A model generated the notes under the pieces. The model was not told the origin of the DNA. It worked only from the letters and a program-made list of their open reading frames with translations, and ran no database searches. From positions 1 to 23,505 of the forward strand of contig JBNPEG010000245.1 of assembly GCA_051117555.1 (NCBI GenBank): a stretch of 23,505 bases of DNA, in the 5' to 3' direction. The stretch comes from Elainellaceae cyanobacterium (GTDB lineage Bacteria; Cyanobacteriota; Cyanobacteriia; CAZCXK01). Made by a program: the position numbers and the translations under genes. This document shows, piece after piece, positions 17,948 through 23,505 of this stretch. Every line of letters begins with the position of its first letter. Position 1 is the first letter of the stretch.

Positions 17948-18030
17948 TCATTGGGCGATCGCCCCTCATCACTCCACCTTCATTGGGCGATCGCCCTATA
18001 ATCGCCTTTGGTCGGGTGATCGCCTCTCAT
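17948..18030. repeat. Short HIP1-centred direct repeats (two exact and one degenerate)
   Basis: TCATTGGGCGATCGCCC at 17948 and 17980 (period 32). GGGTGATCGCC at 18014. Confidence 0.6.
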
Positions 18031-18139
18031 AATTACTTCTCATGACTCGACTATCTTTCAATACTCAAAATCACTTTCAACAACACGATTGTCCTGCTTG
18101 TATAAATCAGGCAATTGGCTGAATAACTTAATGGGGGTT

Positions 18140-18169
18140 GATGTTGGATTTCCTGCCAGCCTGACCTAC
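18140..18169. repeat. Degenerate cyanobacterial GTAGGTTGGG-type REP remnant at the left edge of the AT-rich island
   Basis: GATGTTGGATTTCCTGCCAGCCTGACCTAC resembles the recalled TGTTGGGTTTC..CTCAACCCAACCTAC repeat. A further remnant, CCTCAACCCAACTTA, lies at ~12970. Confidence 0.35.
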
Positions 18170-18403
18170 TCAGAGATGGAAACGTATAGCCGCATATAAT
18201 TTACAGCTTGGGATATTATGTAGAAGAAACTAATCTATTGATGCATTGGGAGTCTAATATTATTTATTATTTTCGGATTTGCAGTGATTTCTTATGCTGA
18301 GATACTTAAGATACTCGGCTGTACTAGATGTGAGAGAACTAAGAAATAACTGAAGAACAGATTATTTTTGCTGTCTAAACTTGGGATATTTAGCCAAGAC
18401 ATC

Positions 18404-19693
18404 ATGGAAAAAATTGAGATAAAAGATTTTGTTGGAATCAAAGATATTACGTTGGAGATTAAGCAAATCAATATTTTAATTGGCCCGCAAGCGAGCGGAA
18501 AAAGTATTGTGGCCAAACTGCTATTCTACTTCAAGAGTTTTTTGTCTGAAATTATCAGTGCAGCAGAAGAAACAAGGCGAAAGACGGAGTTAGATAAAGA
18601 CTTTAAGAGGAAATTCGAAGAATATTTCCCTTCGTCTTCTTGGGGGAGTGGAAACTTTAAAGTTCGATACTCTATTGATCAAGAATTTATTGAAATTAAC
18701 AGGAAGTCCAGATCTAAGAAAAATGCACCAGAAATAGTGCTAAGTTATTCTGATTTCTATAAGAATGAATTTACTGAACTTAAAAATCTTGTGAAGCAGA
18801 CTGAAAAAGTTGCTGATCGAGATATGCAGGTCAGCATTTTATCTCGGTATAACTTTATTTATGACATACAACGCTCTTTCCTACATAAAGTGACTGAAAA
18901 GTTAGATAAAGCCGCGACCTTCTCGCAATTGTATATTCCTGCAGGTAGATCATTTTTTGCCAATCTCAAGAGCAGCATATTTACTTTCTTGTCTGATAAT
19001 AATGCTGTTGATCCATTCTTGATTGAATTTGGAACTTATTACGAAAACATGAAAAAACCTATCAGGCTAGATAGGCTGAGAAGAAGTATAAATGATAAAG
19101 AATTAAGTGATGAAATAGCTTCTTTAAACGAAAAAATTCTTTGTGGGAGGTATCTCCAGGAAGATGGAGAGGACTATCTTGAACTAGATGAAGGTAGAAA
19201 GATAAGTATCGCGAACTCTTCATCAGGACAGCAAGAAACACTTCCATTAGCTATCATTCTTGGAACAATTGCATTTATGAAGCCTAAAACAGGTGGCAAT
19301 TCCATATACATTGAAGAGCCAGAAGCACATATTTTTCCAGCGGCACAAAGAGATATGGTAGAGTTGATCTCTACTGTTTATAACTCTCGCAAAGATAGCC
19401 TTCAATTTCTCATTACAACACATAGTCCTTATGTTCTCACTGCATTCAACAATCTACTTCAGGCAGGTTTTTTGGCCGCTAATGCAACTGAAGCCAAAAT
19501 ACAAGAAATCTCTCGTCATATTCCTAAGTCAAGATTTATCAGTCCAAACGAAATCACCGTATACTCGCTGTCAGGTGGCTATTCTAGGTCTATTCTTGAT
19601 GTAGACACCGGATTAATAGATACCAACATCATTGATGAAGTATCTAATGAATTAGCAGTTCAGTTTGATAAACTTCTTGATATTGATTTATGA
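18404..19693 (+). CDS. ABC-type ATPase (AAA_15/AAA_21, OLD/AbiEii-like)
   Basis: Walker A IGPQASGKS, YIPAGRS, signature SSSGQQ, Walker B IYIEEPEAHIFP and H-loop LITTHSPY. ATG 18404 is preferred over TTG 18368. Confidence 0.93.
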   Translation: MEKIEIKDFVGIKDITLEIKQINILIGPQASGKSIVAKLLFYFKSFLSEIISAAEETRRKTELDKDFKRKFEEYFPSSSWGSGNFKVRYSIDQEFIEINRKSRSKKNAPEIVLSYSDFYKNEFTELKNLVKQTEKVADRDMQVSILSRYNFIYDIQRSFLHKVTEKLDKAATFSQLYIPAGRSFFANLKSSIFTFLSDNNAVDPFLIEFGTYYENMKKPIRLDRLRRSINDKELSDEIASLNEKILCGRYLQEDGEDYLELDEGRKISIANSSSGQQETLPLAIILGTIAFMKPKTGGNSIYIEEPEAHIFPAAQRDMVELISTVYNSRKDSLQFLITTHSPYVLTAFNNLLQAGFLAANATEAKIQEISRHIPKSRFISPNEITVYSLSGGYSRSILDVDTGLIDTNIIDEVSNELAVQFDKLLDIDL

Positions 19694-20127
19694 GAGATTT
19701 CCAAGATTGCGAGACCATTAATGATGATTTAAATATTGTTATCTCTGATTCAGGTAGTCGAAACAAGCGCAGTAAGTTCCGTTGCTACAATCCCAAAAGA
19801 GCAGCTGTAAAAGTTATTCAAGTCGATGATTGCGCTATTAAAGAAGGAGTAAGATGTGACTACTTACTTGTATTACCAAATGGGCAAGAGATTTATATTG
19901 AGTTGAAAGGTTCTGATATTAAACATGCAGTTGCGCAAATTGCTAGAGCGATCGAATTATTAGCTTGTAATTGTCATCCTATTATTAAGCTTTGCTTTAT
20001 CTCAAGTACAAGATGTCCAATTAATTCAACTGAGATACAGAATTTAAAGAAGAGATTTAGACAAAAATATAACGCACAAATAACTATCAAAAACGGAGAA
20101 ATTACTCATATCTGTGATTCAGACTGA
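19690..20127 (+). CDS. Small putative PD-(D/E)xK-fold nuclease, translationally coupled to the ATPase
   Basis: ATGA overlap with the ATPase stop. Motif VDDC..RCDYLL..IYIELKGSDIKHAVAQI fits D...ExK followed by a Q-containing helix. Basic C-terminus. Confidence 0.75.
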   Translation: MRDFQDCETINDDLNIVISDSGSRNKRSKFRCYNPKRAAVKVIQVDDCAIKEGVRCDYLLVLPNGQEIYIELKGSDIKHAVAQIARAIELLACNCHPIIKLCFISSTRCPINSTEIQNLKKRFRQKYNAQITIKNGEITHICDSD

Positions 20128-20227
20128 CTTTCTGATTTAATAACGCCAATCTCCACAAAGATCATCACTTTATGACTAGCGATCGCCAAAAATTCCACTC
20201 CATTTCTCAGATAGTAGTTAGGTACGG

Positions 20228-20256
20228 TTGTATTTCTCCCTTGAATCCTTTATGCT
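20228..20256 (+). promoter_or_regulatory. Putative sigma70-type promoter for the structured leader
   Basis: TTGTAT (20228-33), 17-bp spacer, TATGCT (20251-56). Predicted TSS ~20263, just before the 5' arm of the structure. Confidence 0.45.
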
Positions 20257-20265
20257 CTATCGCTA

Positions 20266-20428
20266 AGCGCTCAAACAGAAGCGCGCTCCCTAGAAGTGAT
20301 ACCAGCACGTTCTAGAGAGCTAATCCCCAACTGCACAACCAGTCGGAGACTACAGACTATGGTAATAGCTCCTGTAGCCATCCTGCTTTGTCATGTCAAA
20401 ATGCGGGGTGGCTTTTTGTTTGAGCGCT
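20266..20428 (+). ncRNA. Candidate structured RNA / cis-regulatory leader (basal stem enclosing four hairpins)
   Basis: AGCGCTCAAACA (20266-77) pairs perfectly with TGTTTGAGCGCT (20417-28). Internal hairpins at 20285-20320, 20327-20346, 20350-20377 and 20377-20412. The last is followed by TTTTTGTTT. Confidence 0.6.
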
Positions 20429-20454
20429 CCCATAGCAAAATAAGGAGCACATTC

Positions 20455-20691
20455 ATGATTTATCCTCCCAATCCGCCCGGTGGAGCGGACCGTTCGTCGC
20501 GTCCCGATGATGAGCGTCATACTCTGCGCATCATTGCCGTCGGGTCGCTCACCGTTGTGAACCACCATATTATGCAGATGTTTCAACTGGGCTATGCCGA
20601 ACCGGGTGAATGGTCAAAACCGTTGCCTACGGTGAATCCGAATGAGGTGATGCGGATTTTGACTAAACGCGTGATGGGCATTGGTGATTAA
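20455..20691 (+). CDS. Small hypothetical protein (78 aa) of a cyanobacterial family with a GYAExxEWS..PT..PxEVMRIL motif
   Basis: Strong RBS AAGGAG at 20442-47. Sequence includes ERHTLRIIAVGS...LGYAEPGEWSKPLPTVNPNEVMRILTKR. An in-frame upstream ATG at 20359 would give 110 aa. Confidence 0.8.
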   Translation: MIYPPNPPGGADRSSRPDDERHTLRIIAVGSLTVVNHHIMQMFQLGYAEPGEWSKPLPTVNPNEVMRILTKRVMGIGD

Positions 20692-20700
20692 TCCCTTATA

Positions 20701-20830
20701 AGGGGCGAAGCATTTCATCCATACGGGTGGGATATGACCTAAAAATTCTGATGAAATGCTTCGCCACTACTATTTCATCCATACGGGTGGGATATGACCT
20801 AAAAATTCTGATGAAATGCTTCGCCTCTAC
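20701..20830. repeat. GTAG-type REP palindrome with a 60-bp tandem duplication between convergent genes
   Basis: GGCGAAGCATTTCATC (20704-19) and GATGAAATGCTTCGCC (20750-65) form a perfect 16-bp inverted repeat. 20712-20770 is repeated at 20772-20830 with one mismatch. Confidence 0.85.
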
Positions 20831-20845
20831 GGTTGGGGGGACGGT

Positions 20846-23020
20846 TTAGGGGCGGGATATCCAATCCACATGAATCTGATATTGCTCTGGGTCGGCATCA
20901 GACACCATATCTGGGGTGAGGGCGATGCGATGAAGATCTCGGATTACGGTGTTGGGTATTATCTTACGCCGAGGGAGATTGCCGCCGAGCAAGGGCGCAA
21001 TCTGCTGCACCTGATGCCCTTGCGCATCGCTCACGGTGATTTGAACGGCGGTATTGGGAGGCGGCTTTTGCAAAAACTCCCAATAAAGGGCGATCGCCAT
21101 CTCCTGGTCATCAAGGGGATTCACATCATAGCCGAGCAACCGCGCCCGATCGCCCACTGACTGCACCACGGGCATGTCTATCTGTGCCAGGTCAGATGCG
21201 GTGGGAATGGGACCCGGATAGATGATGGCGTGATCCACACCATGAATCGAGACGGTGTGCAGGGGGGCTTGAGCAGAAAAGTAGCGGATGATGTCAGGGT
21301 CGGGGAGCGATCGCTGCAACTGGTTGATATAAAACACCACATAGTTGGTGGTGAGCCAAAACTCATCATCGGGCTCGTTGTACTTGGGCACTCGGATAGC
21401 GTGTCCTCGAAAGTAGGCAGCCAGCACGGAGCGATGCCAACTTGCCACAGTGAGTGGGTCAGAATTGGGTAATTGATTCAGCCACCGAGCCGCTCGATCC
21501 AACCCTTCTCCCTGACCAATCATGAGCACGTCTTGTGCGGCGGCTGTACCGCCCAGAATTGGATTGTAGTAGGTGATGAAGTAGGGAAATTCTGGAAGCA
21601 AAAACAGGAATTGCCCAACCGCAAGTGCGATCGCCCCAATGGTGATTCCCTTGGGATGCATCACGGGAGCAACTGACGGCGATCGCACTCGAATCGCATT
21701 CAACAGCGCTAACCAGCCAGCCGCTGCCAGGATTGCCAAAATCGGCAACACAAACGTCACATAGCGATCAATCTTGGTCTGTGCTGCTGAGAGAATGCCA
21801 AGAATGCACAGAGCCGACAGTGCCAATGCTAATAATTCCGACTGTCGATCGAGAGGAGACGATAACCCAGACCGAATATCCATACCCGTATCCGACCTGA
21901 TTTGCGGAGCATGGGTTTGCTCAACCGTTTGCCCCATTCTTTGCCCCATTCTTTGCCCCGTTCTTTGCTCAGTCCCTCGATCAGCCCTTCGTCCAATCCG
22001 TTCTCCCATTCTTAGTCCAACGTGAGGAAATAGCGCGATGCAGAGATATAGAATCAAGCCAATCTGCATCACGGGCGATAATCGAAACGCTAGCACCACC
22101 GGATAAAACAGCAGACCCGGTGAATCGGTCGGTTCTCCCCAAAAAAAGAAATCGCCTCGCGCCGATTCGTCGAGCAGTCCATTCACGATGCGAATCACCG
22201 TGTATGACGGCTGAATCCACATCACCGGATAGATGGCAATGAAGGTCACCAGGGCGGTTGCGCCCCAGCGCAGGCAGTCGAAAATCTGGCGTCGCCATCC
22301 CCGCTTTGGAAAGTTCGTGACTCCTGCCTCGGTGAGCACTATCCACAACACGATGCCTGGAATCACAAATAGCCCAATCATCTTCGAGGCAGTCGCCAGT
22401 CCGAGACAAATTCCCGATGCCACCAACCCGCGGCGATCGCCCTCATTCCTACTAGGCTCCATCGTGCTGTCCTGCTCACCTCGCAAGTAGAGCACCATCA
22501 GCAAAATTGCCAACACGCTGAAATCAGACTGAATCGCATCCGTGGTGACAAATCGCTGATAGGCCAAGAAAAACGGCTCTAGCGTAATCAAAATGACGGA
22601 AAACAGTGCGATCGTTCGTCCCAACAGCCGCCGAGTCAGCAGATAAATGCCCACCATGCAGGCAGCCGTGACTCCTGCTTGCAAGAGCCTCGGCAGCACA
22701 TAGAGACTCGCCGCAAACGGCAGGGTTTCGGTGCAAGCCCCCAGTTGTGACGGCTGATTGCCCCCCAACCCATCAGGAAACCATCGGGAAAGCTGACAGT
22801 TGACCGCCATGCCAATGCCGGTGAGCCACATGTTAGGGACACCGGGATGCGGACTGCCATAAGTTCCAGCAAGGTCACCCTCCAGCAACCTGTTGATAAA
22901 GGTCGCCCCTCGCGACAGCCACTTCGCCTCATCGGAATTGAGGGGAATGGCGATCGCCCAGACCCGCAGTGCAACCGACACCACAAAAATGCTGATGACA
23001 TCAAATGAACGGTTTTTCAC
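20846..23020 (-). CDS. GT-C membrane glycosyltransferase (family 39 / PMT-ArnT-like) with C-terminal extracytoplasmic domain
   Basis: First-loop NSDEAKW, HPGVP, LEPFFLAYQRFVTTDA, GLATASK, KIDRYV and YYNPILGG motifs. Many TM helices. C-terminal RLLGYD..ALYW beta-sandwich motif. Confidence 0.88.
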   Translation of the reverse strand: MKNRSFDVISIFVVSVALRVWAIAIPLNSDEAKWLSRGATFINRLLEGDLAGTYGSPHPGVPNMWLTGIGMAVNCQLSRWFPDGLGGNQPSQLGACTETLPFAASLYVLPRLLQAGVTAACMVGIYLLTRRLLGRTIALFSVILITLEPFFLAYQRFVTTDAIQSDFSVLAILLMVLYLRGEQDSTMEPSRNEGDRRGLVASGICLGLATASKMIGLFVIPGIVLWIVLTEAGVTNFPKRGWRRQIFDCLRWGATALVTFIAIYPVMWIQPSYTVIRIVNGLLDESARGDFFFWGEPTDSPGLLFYPVVLAFRLSPVMQIGLILYLCIALFPHVGLRMGERIGRRADRGTEQRTGQRMGQRMGQTVEQTHAPQIRSDTGMDIRSGLSSPLDRQSELLALALSALCILGILSAAQTKIDRYVTFVLPILAILAAAGWLALLNAIRVRSPSVAPVMHPKGITIGAIALAVGQFLFLLPEFPYFITYYNPILGGTAAAQDVLMIGQGEGLDRAARWLNQLPNSDPLTVASWHRSVLAAYFRGHAIRVPKYNEPDDEFWLTTNYVVFYINQLQRSLPDPDIIRYFSAQAPLHTVSIHGVDHAIIYPGPIPTASDLAQIDMPVVQSVGDRARLLGYDVNPLDDQEMAIALYWEFLQKPPPNTAVQITVSDAQGHQVQQIAPLLGGNLPRRKIIPNTVIRDLHRIALTPDMVSDADPEQYQIHVDWISRP
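21916..22023. repeat. In-frame 12-bp tandem repeat inside the GT-C gene
   Basis: TTTGCCCCATTC x2, TTTGCCCCGTTC, TTTGCTCAGTCC and degenerate flanking units. Encodes RMGE-RIGR-RADR-GTEQ-RTGQ-RMGQ-RMGQ-TVEQ. Confidence 0.8.
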
Positions 23021-23240
23021 AGCTAATCCATCCCGAAAGAGCAGATCTTCTAATTGATCTTCTAATTAAAGGTCTAGTGCTCAATTATCCAAGAAATTAG
23101 CAGCGAAATGGGCGCAAGTTGAAATCTGGGTCAGGATGGAACTATACACGCTCAATCACATCGCCTGTGACGGTTCCTTCAACTAATACCGCTATAAAAT
23201 CAATCCAGATTGTATAAAATCCTGGAACTTGACAAAACAC

Positions 23241-23505
23241 ATGCGCGATCGCCAGCCAAACATCCCTTGGGGTTGGATACAACCTGTTCCGTCTACAAGA
23301 ACCGCCCTCGTGTTTTGGTTTTGCCTAAGCCTGACATTTGCGGCAATCTACAGCCTGCTCGCCCTGCAGCAAGCCTTTAGCGCCGACTATGTGGTGCAAG
23401 ACGATGCGCGGCAGCATGTGTTTTGGATGCAGCGATTCCTCAACCCGGATCTGTTTCCAGACGATTTGATTGCCGACTATTTTCAATCGGTTGCGCCAGC
23501 AGGCT
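23241..23505 (+). CDS. Membrane protein, probably GT-C-like (partial, runs off the window)
   Basis: Open from ATG 23241 to the window end: MRDRQPNIPWGWIQPVPSTRTALVFWFCLSLTFAAIYSLLALQQAFSADYVVQDDARQHVFWMQRFLNPDLFPDDLIADYFQSVAPAG. TM helix followed by a DD motif in the first loop. Absent from the ORF track because no stop is present. Confidence 0.8.
   Translation, partial: MRDRQPNIPWGWIQPVPSTRTALVFWFCLSLTFAAIYSLLALQQAFSADYVVQDDARQHVFWMQRFLNPDLFPDDLIADYFQSVAPAG

Noticed and set aside
17586..17972. 128-aa minus-strand ORF through the array
   Set aside because: Probably open only because the repeat lacks stops in that frame, and it starts within HIP1 repeats. It is not fully excluded, since the coding strand is unresolved.
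20266..20428. tRNA or tmRNA identity for the multi-stem structure
   Set aside because: No T-loop GTTC or D-loop consensus, no CCA end, and the wrong size.
20712..20830. Mini-CRISPR interpretation of the 60-bp duplication
   Set aside because: The whole unit is duplicated with no unique spacer, and it fits a REP-type palindrome.
1371..23004. Numerous 60-140 aa ORFs nested in or antisense to the large genes
   Set aside because: Shadow ORFs of well-supported CDSs with no independent motifs.
23043..23067. GATCTTCTAATT direct repeat (and CCCTTAATTTC repeat at ~379-404)
   Set aside because: Only two short AT-rich copies each, which cannot be distinguished from local slippage.

Overview
Cyanobacterial chromosomal window, judged from abundant HIP1 GCGATCGC octamers, psaM and cyanobacterial GTAG-type repeats. 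The left ~16.6 kb is mostly housekeeping and signalling: a small membrane protein, a Ser/Thr kinase-TM-TPR gene divergent from an FHA protein, an MscS-DEP fusion and a glycosyltransferase, then rnr-ubiX-LapA-like, phoU, psaM (missed by the ORF track), a slr1601-like gene, a hypothetical gene and hppD. Positions ~16.6-20.8 kb form an accessory block with a VOC-like gene and three candidate uncharacterised systems. (1) A basic helical 119-aa protein sits divergent from a 21/42-bp tandem array that encodes a heptad peptide. (2) An AT-rich, HIP1-free ABC-type ATPase is coupled to a small PD-(D/E)xK-like nuclease, a putative defence pair. (3) A ~165-nt multi-stem RNA leader, with a candidate promoter and possible terminator/antiterminator, precedes a 78-aa protein. 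The window ends with a GT-C (PMT/ArnT-like) glycosyltransferase and a truncated divergent membrane-protein gene. Several MITE/REP-like elements occur. No tRNA, rRNA, CRISPR array or transposase was seen. All family calls come from motif recognition by eye, not database searches.
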